From Chrysomallon squamiferum (taxonomy: Eukaryota > Animalia > Mollusca), in the NCBI GenBank assembly GCA_012295275.1, contig CM022669.1, positions 7,874,001 through 7,938,000 of the forward strand: a stretch of DNA of 64,000 nucleotides. The letters run 5' to 3'. Shown piece after piece: positions 1-15,400 of this stretch (positions within the stretch are counted from its first letter, which is position 1; each line of letters opens with the position of its first letter). The notes beneath the pieces were generated by a model. It searched no databases and was not told the DNA's origin. It worked only from the letters and a program-made list of their open reading frames with translations. The translations under genes were made by a program, and so were the position numbers.

Positions 1-549
1 TTTTTATACAAATTACAAGTAATTTAAAAAAAATATATTATAAATGTTGGTACTTAAGAAAGAAAACATTTTCTGAAGCACCCGATGTTGAAAATACATT
101 GCCCAAACATTAGCAATTCAACTGTTTCTTTACATATTAAACACACGTTCAGTGTCCCTGCAGTTTGAAGAGTTAAGATCTGTAGGTGTGTCATCAATGA
201 AGATTTATTTATGTAAACAGACGTAAGCTATAGAGTAAACTTAACTTTGCTGTACTTGACACATGCCCTGAATAAATATTTGTTATCTGTTTTGGTAAAA
301 TGGTGTTTATATGTCTTTTTTTTTTTAACTTTCTTCTTTCCTTTTTTTTTATTTTTATTGTTTACAAATATTGTAATTATGTAGAGGTTTTGTCAAGTGC
401 AACAAAGTGAAAGTTCAATATGCTCCTTAGTGCATTTTGTTTAACTTTTTAATTTTAAAATGTGACTATAGACCATTCCTTAACATATATAACCCATTAT
501 TTGTACTATGAAATGTAGTCATAACAGAATTTGATTAATTTTGTTTTTA

Positions 550-1000
550 CATTATATGATTATAACTTTGTTGAAAAGTAATTTAAACTAAACAAAATAA
601 TTTTTCTTATCTTATTTTAACATAGTTTAACTATAATTTAAACATGAAACTGCAGAATCATACATTATCTAATCATATAGTAATTTAGACAGGTAATTTT
701 ACATTATCTTATTATAACAGTTTACCTGTCACATATTTGAACAGTAATTTAAACTGTTAAACATAATTTCACATTTTCTAATTATAATATACTTTAACCA
801 TAAATTAAACAGAACTTCATAATTTCACATTATCTAATTATAATATACTTTAACCATAAATTAAACAGAACTTCATAATTTCACATTATCTAATTATAAC
901 ATAGTTGTTAATTTAAACTGTTAAACATAATTTTACATCACCTAACTATAACATAGTTGAACAGTAATTTAATCTCTGTTACGTCATAATTAGACATTCT
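550..1000. repeat. ~56-bp AT-rich tandem repeat (degenerate flanks)
   Basis: cataatttcacatt...ataaattaaacagaactt recurs at 762, 818, 874. Confidence 0.8.
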
Positions 1001-1440
1001 CATATTCCCATCAAGTTGGCTGTGTGTCACTAAATATGACAATTAACTCAGTTCTACAGAAGAAGGTAGATCATTTTCTTGTGCCATTGCCAAAGAAATT
1101 CCTCTTTCGTTAGAATTACAAGCAATTTTCTCCAACTTGAATGTCATGTAATGTAGTCTGCTTTTTGGCCTGTGTGAGTGCCAGCAGTAAATAATCATTG
1201 TGAGAGAGATAATATTGCACATCATGTGACAGATCTTCATTTCAGTCATTGTTCTGTACACTGGCAGTTGGCAGGTCAACAAATAAACACTAGAACCTAG
1301 ATACTATTGTTGTAAATGCACCGATAGCTTAGCTCGGATATCCCTTTTATATGTGCATGTATGGATTAATTTGGACTTTTTTTTTTCTTTATCTTTTATA
1401 TGTGTGTGTGTGTGTGTGTCACATAGAATTATATTACAAC

Positions 1441-1730
1441 GTGTGTGATGGCAGTATTATGAGGTGTATGATAATAGTGTTATGAGGTGTATGATGATAG
1501 TGTGATGGTACTGTTATGAAGTGAATAATGTTAGTTTTATGAGGTATATGGTGGTAGTGTTGTGGGTGTTTGATGCTAGTGTTTTGATTGTATGATGGCA
1601 GTATTATGAAGTGTATTATGGTAGTGTTATGAAGTATATTATGGTAGTGTTATGAAGTGTATGATGGCAGTGTTATGAAGTGTAATGATGGTACTGTTTG
1701 GAGGTATACGATGTTAGTGTATGATATATG
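1441..1730. repeat. 23-bp minisatellite (gtatgatggtagtgttatgaagt-like)
   Basis: About 12 degenerate copies; tatgaagt at 1605 and 1628. Confidence 0.8.
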
Positions 1731-3061
1731 AAAGTATTCTACAATAAAACTAATCTATGATTTAATAAATGACTGATGATATACTGAAAGCTACATTAGA
1801 TCAGATTTGCAATTCAGAGTGGTTAAGTTTGTATGAAGAAACCTGCAGCTGACACAATGCAAATTACTCTTTTTTACTGGAAGCAAGAGATCTTTTCTTT
1901 TGGACATGACAGCACAATCCATGGTCTTTGAAGACCATTAGGTAGAATGGGAAACAGACAACTGGATAGCACTGGATACTGTAACTCAGAACCCACAATC
2001 AAACTACTGCTTCATGAGTAAAGAATTATATTATATGTGTGTGTTGCTGGTAAAACATACCATAACCTTTGATACATGTTGGTGGCTGGAATTGGAAATT
2101 AAAAATAGATACATCACTCCTCCAACAATATTATTGTTATTATTATTATTATTACTATTACATCAGAACACCATAATCAGTACACAAACAAAATGGCGAC
2201 TTTAAAATTTTGGTTAATTTCTCTTTGTTTGTTTTTGGAGGGGTTTGATAGAGGTGGGCAAGTTGGATATTTAATTTCTGTTTTTCAGAACATGACTTAC
2301 CCACAATCACAATGGTTGGAATAGGATATTCTTGAAACGTATATAAAATTGAGGTTTCTTACAGTATGTTATTTACAGTGTTTTGTAATTTCTGTTATTG
2401 AATGTCAGTCAGACCCACCCTCATTTCTAACCAAGGTACATGCCACCCATAATAAGTCTGGATTACAGGGTCCCCTGCAGAGAGTGTTGGCAGTGTACCA
2501 GGATCTGTAATCTGCGGTGTTATTACATTGGAAAGTAATCATTCTCAGTCACAGTTGATTTTGATTGGTCAAAATTTTTCTTGGTATATAATCATTATTA
2601 TTTTCTTTTTTTTTTTTTGTTTGTTAAGTGTTGTGTGTCTTTAGTCAGTAATATTTTCAACAGAAATATTTTTATGTATAAAGTAAATAAGCCTTGACTG
2701 TTATAAACAAAAATTTTACACTGCATTTTTCAATAAATCTTTCTTTCAAATACAATTTTTTCTAAAATGATTATTTAATCTAAATGGGCAGTTGTTTATA
2801 TCTGAATGTAAAAATAAAAAATTTTGATTTAAAATATTTTATTGCAAAAATCTTTTAATACAAAAACTGATTTAATATTCTGAATGAATAGTCTGGCTAT
2901 TTTCATGGACCACCATGTTTTAGAATCAATCTGCTGTCATTTGTTTGTTGATCTGCCACCATGGCAATACTGTTAGCTTCATAATACATGAAACAGTAAT
3001 TTCAGAAAAAAGTTGTTTGAAGAATTAAAGCCAGTGCTATTTTCTGTTTTTATCTTTGTTC

Positions 3062-3245
3062 TAGTACAATGTAAAATGTTATAAAATGTTCAACTCTGTA
3101 CTACACATTTCCAATTATATTAAAATATAAGGACAAACATTATTTAGTACAATGTAAAATGTTATAAAATGTTCAACATTGTATTATACATTTCTAATTA
3201 CATTAAAATATAAGGAAAAACAATATTTAGTACAATGTAATATAT
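3062..3245. repeat. 83-bp tandem duplication (~2.2 copies)
   Basis: tagtacaatgtaa at 3062, 3145, 3228. Confidence 0.8.
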
Positions 3246-3529
3246 GCTACATATTTTAATAGTGTGTTCTACATATAGAACATTCAATTTAGCTTGTATT
3301 TAATAAGGTAGATAACATTGTCCATGTTTAAACTTGCGATTTAAAATGATAAGATTAGAACAGTGATAAAATTATAAAAGATAATTTTATATATTTATCA
3401 TGTATTTTATTTTATTTTTTTGGTTAGTATTGTATTCTGTTTGTTATATTATTATATTTTACCATTTTTATTAATTTTATATTACTACTTTTATTCTTTA
3501 CCCATTATTAAAAAAAATAAAAATAAAAT

Positions 3530-3535
3530 AATAAC

Positions 3536-3614
<79 letters not shown>

Positions 3615-3635
3615 TAATAAATAATAATAATAACA
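3530..3635. repeat. (TAA)n microsatellite
   Basis: Direct reading. Similar (TAA/TTA/TTG)n tracts at ~4365, 4560-4748, 5135-5330, 12435-12478, 13775-13925, 17990-18063, 40490-40530, 41290-41440, 48150-48198, 54378-54427, 61820-61900. Confidence 0.9.
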
Positions 3636-3858
3636 ATTAAATAATCTATTGTGAATTCATTAGTTTCTTTCTCTGTCTTCATTCTTCTGTTTCTCTTTCA
3701 ATCCATTTATCCATACATCCCTGTACTGAACATTTGCATTGTATCTGGTGTTATATTATTAATTTATTATACTGTTATTTATTTATTTCATTAATTAATC
3801 TGCTCTGTTCTATATTTTTTCACAAATACTGAACATTAACCTGACTGTTCTGTTGCAG

Positions 3859-4131
3859 CTGTACAGGAGGCAATGCAGCAAAAGAACAGTGTCCTGTCGG
3901 AACTTACAACAATGTAACTGGAAGTGCGGATTCCTCTGCCTGTGTCAGCTGTCCCACAGGAGAAATCAGCTCCTCTGACTCCTCTCGCTGTCTCCTCTGT
4001 CCTGCTGGCTACAGCTGCAGTGGTGGGACGACGTCAGGAGCCTGCAGCACGGGGGAATACTCAGTGGAGGGGATGACACGTGTCATTCCTGTCCGACAGG
4101 GAATATCTGTCCAACAACAACAAACACAGTT
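3859..4131 (+). CDS. exon 1 (first visible; internal exon; 1-nt deletion ~4070)
   Basis: ttgcag|c acceptor, gtacgt donor; CTGGNAAKEQCPVGTYNN...; phase 2/0. Confidence 0.8.
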
Positions 4132-4549
4132 GTACGTTTGTTTGTTTATTTATTTTAAAAATTTCACTTTTGCATACAGTGTTATGATTAATACTTTTCT
4201 GGCTTGCTAAAATATTGGCTCTGTTCATCTGTCTGTCTGTATTTTTTTACATATGTATGTACACACACAAACATAAACCTATAACCCACCTTATTTGCTG
4301 AGTTTCCTGTAATTATTAGTACTATTACTATTACATTTATTATTGACCATTATAATTATTATTGTTATTATTATCATTATTATTATTATTATTATTACTA
4401 TTATTATTATTATATTTAATGACTATCAATTTATTTTGCTTTTTTTTTTTTTTTTTTTTATATATATCAGTATTTTACACTCACTTAACAATAACAGGTA
4501 GTATATGGAAACAAGTAGTTTGTATAAAACCAGTAGGTAAGTATACAAT

Positions 4550-4583
<34 letters not shown>

Positions 4584-4634
4584 CAATTATTATTGTTATT
4601 ATTATCATTATCATTATTATTATTATTATCATTA

Positions 4635-4701
<67 letters not shown>

Positions 4702-6602
4702 TGTTGTTGTTGTTGTTGTTTGTTGTTGTTATTATTATTATTATTATTAAAACCTACATGACTTTAATAACAGGCCTGTGAAGCTGGTAAAGAGGCAAAT
4801 GCGAATCAAACTGCCTGTGTTGATTGTAGCGCTGGTACGTACCGTGCCGCATCAGATACAGCATGCAAGACTTGTCCCACAGGTAATGCCAAAAACATAA
4901 CACATGTGTAAACAGACATTTTGAGAAAGTAAAAACCTGAATCTCTATAAATATCAGTTCATTTTAACTCCTTCCCTTGTTTCTTTTCATAATACATATA
5001 TCTGTACTTAAGGAGTTTATTAACATTTCAAATCAGACATTTTGAATAATAGTGTGATAATTATACCAGGCATTTTGTAAATATTTTGTTAACTACAGCA
5101 GATTTATAAAATTGCTCCATCTGAAACTAAATCATTATTGTTGTTGTTATAGTTGATATTATTATTATTATTATTTATTATTATTATTATTTATTATAAT
5201 TATTATTATTTGTTGTTATTGTTATTGTTATTACTATTGTTATTGTTATTTTTATCACTATTGTTGTTATTATTATTATCATTGTTGTTGTTATTCTTAT
5301 TATTATTACTGTTGTTGTTGTTATTATTTTTATTTTTTTTAGGTTCTAAATGTCCTAACTCTATGATGACTGATCCTATTGTCTGCCCTGACGGAACATA
5401 CCAACCAGCAACTGGTCAAACATCATGTGACAGCTGTCCAGCAGGGTTTGAATGCTCAGACAAAACAACAGCCAATCAGTGTTCAGCTGGACAGTACTCC
5501 ACCCTGGGGCTGGGTGTGTGCAAGAACTGTGATACAGGTAAGTTTGTTTTCTTTCTGAGAGAATTTTTCAAAAAAGTATTATTCATTTTGGTTACGGGAT
5601 AGAAACAGAATTGTATTTATTTATTTATCTCACAAACAGACACACACACACACACACACACACACTGTACCTTTCCATATTTTACCTGTTGTTAATGATC
5701 TGAAAAGTACTTTCACAGGTTTTTACATATGACTGTATTTTAACTTTTATCATTAACTAACATTTTATATCTACGTTTTAAAAAATTTCACAGAGCATAA
5801 TAAAAATTACATTTAATGCAGTAACATTCTCATTTACATATACTTTTTAAATTATACACATACTATTATTATTATCTTTTATTCAGTTATCAATGTAATT
5901 TAAAATACATATATTGGCTGATACAAACTACAGTTCCTGTTCATACTACACTGAATAAACTGTGTCAATATCATTAATTATTCAAGGTTTTGCTATTCAA
6001 ATTAATTATTCATGTGTATGCACATTATAATGTTCCTTGTGTATATGATATCCTGAGAACATGTCAGTTTATACTAGAATTTGTCTGTGTGTTTGTGCAT
6101 CCATGCATACATGCAGGTTTGTGTGTGTCAGTCTATATTGCATTTGTATTTAGTACATGCAAATCAAGATATATTTGTGCTGTGTACAATATACATTGTA
6201 ACTATCTTATAATGATTATGTTTCTTTGTGTTATTTTTAGAAACACATATGTTATACCAGCTCTGTTATATATCATTTGTATTTCACCAGTAAATGTTTA
6301 TATTACACGGTTTAGGATACTACAGTTTAGCAGGGGCAGAAAACTGTACTGCCTGTGAACCAGGATATGATTGCTTGGTTCGAGATGCCGCACCTTCTTT
6401 GTGTGCGGCAGGGACATACAATCCAGGCGGCAGTCAGGGATGTCTGCCGTGTGCTTCAGGTAGAGAGTGGTGGCATACTAACCTGAAATATTTAATTAAA
6501 CACCCACCAAATCCTTCTGTGTGCACCTCCTCTGTTTACCTTCCTTGATTTAACTTGATGATAATGATGATATTATTCTGTGTGTATGTGTTTGTGTGTT
6601 TA

Positions 6603-6650
<48 letters not shown>

Positions 6651-9600
6651 TATACATATATATACAGAAGAGACAGACTGTCACAGAGACAAAGCAAAAC
6701 ATTTTCTGCACCTTCTCAATCTTCTTTTCATCCTTCAGGTTTAATTCTGTTATCCCTGTTGACTAATCCCATCTGCTAATACAAAGAAGAATAAATATTG
6801 ATCAAAATAATTCTTGTTCACATGTGTACATTAGTTATTTCCGTTGCTAATAGTTCTTGTTATTTCCATTACTAAAAGTTCTTCCCTCAGTAGCATAAGC
6901 GCACCAACAGTTTGTTTTCATATTTAAATGTAATTGAGGAAAGTTTGTACTTGAAATCGATTCTGTAAATGTTTTCAGCTTCTGTAAATATTTACATTTA
7001 AACTGAGTAAAATATAAAGTTTATATTCAAAGCTAATATTTTTCTATTGTATTTTTAATGTGTATATGTGTCACTGTTTCTAAGGAAATGTTTTAAATAT
7101 AAAAAATATGATATACAATTCAGACTTGTATATTCTAAAACATTCATTTTTGTATGTTTGTAATTGTTTAACTATGTTTACAACATACAAGTGCTTTCTA
7201 ACAGGTCACTATAGTATGGAAGGAGCTGCTGTTTGTATTATATGTCCTGCTGGTAAAAACTGCTCTGACCCTGCAGTCACTGGCTCTGCTCCGCCTGATT
7301 GTCCTGCTGGAACTTATAGCTCAGAAGGAGACTCCACATGTACTAACTGTCCTACAGGATACTACAGTCCAGGAAGTGTAGCAGCTTGTACTGTTTGTCC
7401 TGCTGGCAAAGACTGTTCAAATCCTGCACTTGCTTTAGCATCTCTTCCAGACTGTCCTGCAGGAACTTACAGTCCAGAAGGTAATGCTTCCTGCATCACT
7501 TGTCCAGCTGGATACTATAGTCCTGGAGCAGTTGCCTCTTGCACCATTTGCCCTGCTGGCAAAAACTGTTCAAACCCAGCCTTCCCTTTAGAATCTCTGC
7601 CAGACTGCCCAGCAGGAACATACAGTGCTGAGGGTGATCCAGTTTGCAATAACTGCCCCAAAGGTTACTACAGCTCAGTAGCAGCAGCAGCATGCACTGT
7701 ATGTCCAGCAGGCAAAGACTGCACAGACCCATCACAGACATCTCTCCCAGACTGTCCAGCAGGAACTTACAGTGCAGAAGGAGACACATCATGCACTAAC
7801 TGTGAATCAGGATATTTCAGTAGAGCAGCTGAGGGAAACTGTACAACCTGTCCAGCAGGTAAAAACTGCAGCAGCCCTGCTGTACTTGGTTCTAGTCCTG
7901 AAGACTGTCCAGCAGGAACATTTAGTGCTGAAGGTAATGCTGGATGCACTAATTGTCCCAGTGGCTACTACAGCTCTGCTGCTGCTTCATCGTGTTCACT
8001 TTGCCCAGCTGGCAAGGACTGCACTAATCCAGCTTTAACATCTGGCAGCCTGACAGACTGTGTGGCTGGAACATACAGTAGACAAGGTGATGCTGGTTGC
8101 TGGGCTTGCTTGCCTGGTTATTACAGTGATGTAGGAGCTGAACAGTGTACAGTCTGTCCAGCAGGTAAGAATTGTTCAGATCCATCAGTGACTGCACCAA
8201 ATGACTGTCCTGTAGGAACATTCAGCAAGGAAGGAGATTCTGGTTGTACCAAATGTGATGGTGGATACTTCAGTTCTGCAGGATCCAGTAACTGTTCTGT
8301 TTGTCCAGATGGAAAGAGCTGTTTAGGTGATGTTCTGACTGACTGTGATCCAGGCACATACAGCAAAGAAGGGGAAGTGATCTGTAAGACCTGTATGTCT
8401 GGCTACTATAGCAATGCAGCTGCAACTGTTTGTACAGTCTGTCCAGCAGGTAAGAATTGTTCAGATCCATCAATGACTGCACCAAATGACTGTCCTGTAG
8501 GAACATTCAGCAAGGAAGGAGATTCTGGTTGTACCAAATGTGATGGTGGATACTACAGCTCTGCAGGATCCAGTAACTGTTCTGTTTGTCCAGGTGGAAA
8601 GAGCTGTTTAGGTGATGTTTTGACTGACTGTGATCCAGGCACATACAGCAAAGAAGGGGAAGTGATATGTAAGACCTGTATGTCTGGCTACTATAGCAAT
8701 GCAGCTGCAACTGTTTGTACAGTCTGTCCGGCAGGCAAAAACTGTTCAGATCCATCAGTGACTGCACCAAATGACTGTCCTGTAGGAACTTACAGCAAGG
8801 AAGGAGATTCTGGTTGTACCAAATGTGATGGTGGATACTACAGCTCTGCAGGATCCAGTAACTGCTCTCTTTGTCCAGGAGGACAAAGCTGTGTGGGTGA
8901 CACACTAACAGACTGCAGTCCAGGCACCTATAGCAAGCAAGGTGAAGATACCTGTAAAACCTGCCTTTCAGGATACTACAGTAGTGCAGCAGCAGATATC
9001 TGTTTAATATGTCCAGGAGGAAAGAACTGCTCAGATCCAGCAGTAACTGGTTTATCACCAAGTGACTGTCCTGCAGGAACATTTAGCAAGGAAGGAGACC
9101 AGGGATGTACGCAGTGTGGTGGTGGTTACTACAGCTCAGCAGGGTCAGTAAACTGTACAATATGTCCAGCAGGACAAAGCTGTATAGGGGATGTGCTAGC
9201 AAACTGCACTCCAGGCACCTACAGCAAGGAAGGAGAAACTATTTGTAGTCCTTGTCTTTCTGGGTACTATAGCAAAGAAGCTGCAGGGATCTGTACTATT
9301 TGCCCAGCTGGTAAAAACTGCTCAGATCCAGCTGTTACCGGATCATTACCAGACGACTGTCCACCAGGAACATTCAGTAATGAAGGTGACTCAGGATGTA
9401 CTCAGTGCAAGGCTGCATATTACAGCTCAGCTGCATCATCAAGCTGTACGATCTGTCCTGCTGGTCAGAGCTGCACAGGCGATACACTGACAGACTGCAG
9501 CCCAGGCACCTACAGCAAGGAAGGAGAAACTGTCTGTAGTCCATGCATTTCTGGATATTACAGCAAGACTGCTGCAGCACTATGCACTATCTGTCCTGGT

Positions 9601-12430
9601 GGCTACAACTGCACAGACCCGGCAGTGACAGGAACAGATCCACCTCAGTGTCCTGCAGGAACTTTCAGCAATGAAGGAGACACAGGATGCACATCATGTC
9701 AAGCAGGTTACCACAGTGATACTGGTGCCACTATCTGCAGCAAATGTCCAGCCGGTTACGACTGCACTGACCCAACTCTGTCAGCTGCTTCTCTACCTAA
9801 ATGCTCTGCAGGGACTTTCAGCAAAGAAGGAGAAATAGGCTGCCAGCCTTGCGCTGCAGGTTACTTCAGTTTGTCTGGGGCAGCCATATGCACTATATGT
9901 CCAGCAGGAAAGGATTGTAGCAATGTGTCCAGCATCACAACAGCTCCTCCAGATTGTGCTGCTGGATCATTCAGCAAAGAAGGAGATTACGGCTGTACAA
10001 ACTGCCCGATAGGTACAGTGTGCATGAAAACGTGTGCCAATTAGCCAACCCTTTCTAACAGCACCAAGTTTGAATATCACTAAAAACACAGTATAGTATA
10101 ACTGCACCTGAAGCACCTGATACATATTTGAAACAATTAATGGCACCTGAAACACCTATCTGCACCTCAAACTCTTAACATGTCTAAATCCCTATGAAAG
10201 AGATTTATCATTTGAATCCTTTGTAGTTGATTAACCTTAATGCATGAACCATTTTTGCTAACTGTAGCATAGTTGCATGATGTTTGTATGTGTCCCTTTG
10301 GTTGATGTCTTTTGATATATCACAATATTTAACACCATGAAATAATTAACTGTTTTACACAGGTTTAATAATAAAATGTTTGTTTGTGTGTTCTGACAGT
10401 AAGAGATGTCCTAGTTTTATTACTTACTTTTGAATGAATGGTGTTTTCTGATTATATATAATATATCAGTAAATTTGTGTGTGTGTGTATGTGTGTATGT
10501 CTGGGTGTCTGTATATGTATGTGTACATGTATATATTTATAAAAAAAATCAACCATTTTCATTCATTAAAGAAACTAGTTAACACTTTGTTCATAATATT
10601 AATAATTAAATGAATACTGTTTATATAGAACATATCAAACAGTTTCAGAATTAATCTTGTGGTATATCTAAAGCATGTTTTTGATAACTAATGTATGTTT
10701 ATTTTTTTTTTTTATCTTTAATGCATTTATGTTTTAGAATTTAAAACGTATTTTATTTTGATAATGTATGCATGTTTGTGTTTGATAATTAGTGCACTTG
10801 TTTTTGGTAACTAATGCATGTTTTAGTTGCAGCAAACAACAGCAGGTAAACTCTGGACTTACCTGTTTCTAGCAGAGCATGTTGTAGCACATCATTTAGA
10901 CTTCTAGATTTGTAGCACAGAATCTTGTAGCATTTCATAGAATAGTATTAACCAAGCTGTAAGCTGGTATCACATAATCGTCTTGTAACCATAGCACTTA
11001 TAGTGTAGGATCTTTTTGTAACCAAAAAGGTTATAATGTAAAATCACATAGTAACCACAATATTTATAATGTAGGATCATGCAGTAATTAAATATTTGTA
11101 AAGCAGGATCTCGTAATAAATCATAGTACTTGTAATGTAGCATCTTGTATAACCAGAGTATTGGTAAAGTTGGATTTTGTAGTAATTGCAATATTTGTAA
11201 CACAGAATCTTGCAATAATTACAATATTTGTAATGTAGGATTTTGTAATAACATTAGATTTTGTAATAACTTACATGTAATGTAGGATGCTATAGTAGTC
11301 AGAACATTTATGATGTATAATATGATAATAACCATAATGTTTGTACCATAGGATTGTATAGAAACAACAATGATGATGATTTCAGATAAAAATTATAATA
11401 ATTATTAGATGTATACTTAACTTTATAATTTCTGTTTATCAGTGCTTTTTCAATTATGAAGAGAAATCCTTTTTAAATACTGAAATAATCCACTTTTTTT
11501 GTTCAATTATTTTTAATATTTTAAAAATAAAAAGTGTTAAAAATATTTCAGTTTTATTTACAAGAATTTTCAATCCAATTTATTACTTGTAAAAGAATTG
11601 ATGACTATATTTCAGATCAGTAATATCATTTGTTCTTTATATGATCATCAATTAATGAAATATTTAATAAATAGTAGAATATATCATTATAGATATCAAA
11701 AATTTTTTATCATTAAGAAGTATTAACTTACTCATTAAGTTTAAAAAAAAAAAAATGTTACTATTTATTATTATTTTAATTATATAAAATTTTAAAACTG
11801 TTTTATAGTTTTTATTTCACGCAATTTTGTTCAATAAATTTACAGGATTCTACAGTACCTCACCTGGTCAGGGTTCATGCACGCTCTGTCGTGCTGGCTA
11901 CTACTGTGACGCTACCTCAGAAACAGAGTGTGGAACGGGAAAATACAGCACATCTGGCTCGACTTCATGTGTAGTGTGTCCAGCAGGATACAAGTGTCCA
12001 GGGCCAACAGACTCAGCTCCAGTTCTTTGTACTGCAGGGACTTACTCCTACAATGGTTCTGACTCATGTACTCCTTGCGAAGCAGGAAACTACTGTCCTA
12101 CAAATGGACTAGGGTCAGCAATACCATGTGCTGCTGGTTACTACCAGACATCAGCTGGTCAAACATCGTGTACAGAGTGTCAGCAAGGTATAGCCGTTGC
12201 ATGGTTTTAATGAAGATATCAATGCTAAATGTAGAGAGTTAGAAACAAACATAGAAGTACACACATAAAATGTTCAACAGTGACACATCACTGCAGAATG
12301 TGGAAACAGACATATGTACATGTGTATAGTTATTGCATATATTCAAAAACAGGGTTGTTATATTCAAGAATAGGGTTGTTGTCATTGTTATCATTGTTTT
12401 TGATAGTGTTGTTTTAGTGTTGTTTTGCTA

Positions 12431-12480
<50 letters not shown>

Positions 12481-15400
12481 TGTTGCTGCTATTACTGTTA
12501 TAACCAGGGTACAAGTGCACTGACAGAACACAAAGTCAAGTAGCATGTCCAGCAGGTCAGTATCAAGATGGCCGAGGAATGGAAGCCTGCAAATCTGTGA
12601 GTGAAATTTTACTGTGTTTATAGAGTTAACAACAAACATAACATCATTAAAACAAACAATCCAAACAAAACACACACACACACACACACACAGACACAGA
12701 CACACACACCCACCCAGACACACACACACGCACAAAACAAACACACACCCACACACACACACACACACATTTATTTATTTATATGTTTATTTATTTGTAT
12801 TCACTATTGATAATTATTGAACTAATGTGTAAATAATCTCCATGCTGATTGATCTGTAAATGAACACAACTGTCCTCCATTTCAGTGCCCGTCTGGATAC
12901 TACAACACACAGACAGGACAGATACAGTGTACAATATGTCCTGCAGGATCCAAATGTCCTGATCCTACTGCTTTACCAGTACAGTGTGCCACAGGAGAGG
13001 TAAAATAAAATCTTTGTTTTACACTTAAATAAAATTATTAGTCTCTTTTAAGTGGAAGTGTCCTTGGCTTTTAATTGATTTTGTTTAATAATCTATATTT
13101 ATTTATTTGTTTATTATATATATATTTTTTTCCAGTTTTCTAATGATGGGGCCACTGCATGTCAAACCTGTCCAGCTGGTCAGATCTGCACGGGAGGGAC
13201 TCCAGTATCTTGTTTGGTTAGTGCATACACTGATTATTTTAATGTATAATAATAAATATATCTAATATATCACAGACTGCTTATTAACGTACAGCAGCAA
13301 AATGAAAATGAAAATATACTGATTACATCTGAAGCCAAATGTTTATAAATGATACAGAACCATTAAAATAAATTATATGTACATACATATATATATATAT
13401 ATATAATGTATATGTATATGTGTATGTATGTATATATATGAATATATATATATATATACATATACATGTACATATATGATTAATTTATTCAACAAAATAA
13501 TTTCAGAATAACAAGCTATCAAGATATAATTTAAATTAAAAAATTAAATATATGAAGTATTTACTGATATAACATCTTTTTGATATATTTAAAATTAGAT
13601 TTTCAGTAACACCCTCATACAGGGGAAAAACAAGCAGTTTGCAGTTATCAAATATATTAATTTATTATAAGTGATGTTGTTGTTGTTGTTGTTGTTATTG
13701 TCATTGTTGTTATAATACTTTTTTTTCATCACTATCAACATTATCATTTATTATTTATTATTTGATTATTTTCTGTTATTGTTATTATTGTTGTTGCTGT
13801 TGTTGTTACTATTATTATTGTTGCTGCTGTTGTTGTTGTTACTATTATTATTGTTGCTGTTGTTGTTGTTGTTGTTGTTACTATTATTATTGTTGTTGCT
13901 GTTGTTGTTGTTACTATTGTTATTATATTATCACAGAGTGGACAGTACTCAAATGGGACAGGCTGTGTGGACTGTCCTGCTGGCTATTCGTGTCCTTCAT
14001 CTCTGTCAGGACCTCAAGCTTGTCCTTCAGGGACCTACCAGGACCAGACAAAACAAACTAACTGTCTGAGCTGTCCTCTTGGACAGTCCTGTCTTGATGT
14101 GTCAGCAGTTCCAGTGGATTGTGATGCTGGGTTCCTCAGTTTGGCAGGAGAAGCAACCTGTAGAGTAAGATTATTTATTTATTTATCATCATCTTCATCA
14201 TCATATTTAATATATACCATTGTAATCATTATCATCATCTTCATCATCATTGTTAATATTTTTACCATTGTTTTCATTAACATCATCATCATCATCAATA
14301 TTACAAACATCATTATCATCTCATCATCATCATCATAACTGTCATTAACCAAGCTTAGGAAGGTATCTGATAAAATTAATAACTTCAAGGTCATTAATGA
14401 TTTTGATATTTAGGCTTACTTAAAAATTACCTTAGTTTTGTAAAAATAGATTAATTATATTTGATACAGAAGAATAAATGGTGGTTTCAGACAGCATTTC
14501 TATGCTGAATGATACAATTGTATTTATTATTAGGAAAGAGTGCACATCAAGGAACATAATCACAATTCTGTTGCAAATGTACAGAATGCATTTGGACTGT
14601 TTGTTCACACTTACGCTTAAACAAGAAACAAATTACAAAAATATCTTAAAATAAATAAATAATTACAAAAAGTGACTTTAATATATCAGTCATTATTTTC
14701 ATGGTAGATCTTGAAACGAGACATTTTCTAATTTATTAAAAACCTTGCAATGTTTCTAGAGTTGTCCAGAGGGATACTACAGTTCTAGTGGTGCTGGAGC
14801 ATGTGCAGAGTGTCCAGCTGGTCAGAAGTGTTTCGATGGGTCAGCTTACATCAACCCAGTTGACTGTCTGGCTGGGACATTCTCACAAGCTGGAGAGTCC
14901 ACCTGTACAGCTTGTGACCCAGGTAATGTCAGAAATGTTTCACTTAAACTGAATACCTGGATAGGTTAACTAATGAGTCTGTGGTTTAAAGACTTAGAAT
15001 AAACTAGTATTATAAACACACATATGCATGCATGCATGCACACACTTACTTAATGTTTAATATAGTTTTCTAACATATGAATTTAAAAACATCTTCTCTA
15101 ACTGTTAAACATTTACAGTGTTATTTTCAAATGCACTAGTTTCGTATAAAATTATCTATATTTAAAATACTGTTTTCTAACTTATACTAGTTATGTATAA
15201 AAATATCTATATTTAAAATACTGTTTTCAAATGCACTAGTTATGTATAAAAATATCTGTATTTAAAATACTGTTTTCTAATGCAATAGTTATGTATAAAA
15301 ATATCTGTATTTAAAATAACATTTTCAAATGCACTAGTCGTGTTAAAATTATCTATATTTAAAATATTGTTTTCTAATGCACTAGTTATGTATAAAAATA

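Noticed and set aside
1-3858. Possible upstream exons or promoter, including ORFs 1043..1282(-) and 2014..2205(+)
   Set aside because: No Cys-repeat or signal-peptide exon with usable splice sites found. Exon 1 starts in phase 2, so this region is best read as intron.
3420-4781. Poly-Leu/Ile/Asn ORFs (also 5153 5' part, 13762, 13779, 14179, 41196, 43026, 48152, 61635, 61759) that look like signal peptides or TM proteins
   Set aside because: They are translations of (TTA/TAA/TTG/TCA)n intronic microsatellites
7496-9580. Minus-strand and off-frame ORFs overlapping exons (e.g. 8507..9082, 19420..19884, 31863..32369, 60291..60716)
   Set aside because: Shadows of the repetitive + strand coding frame; no independent splice or protein signal
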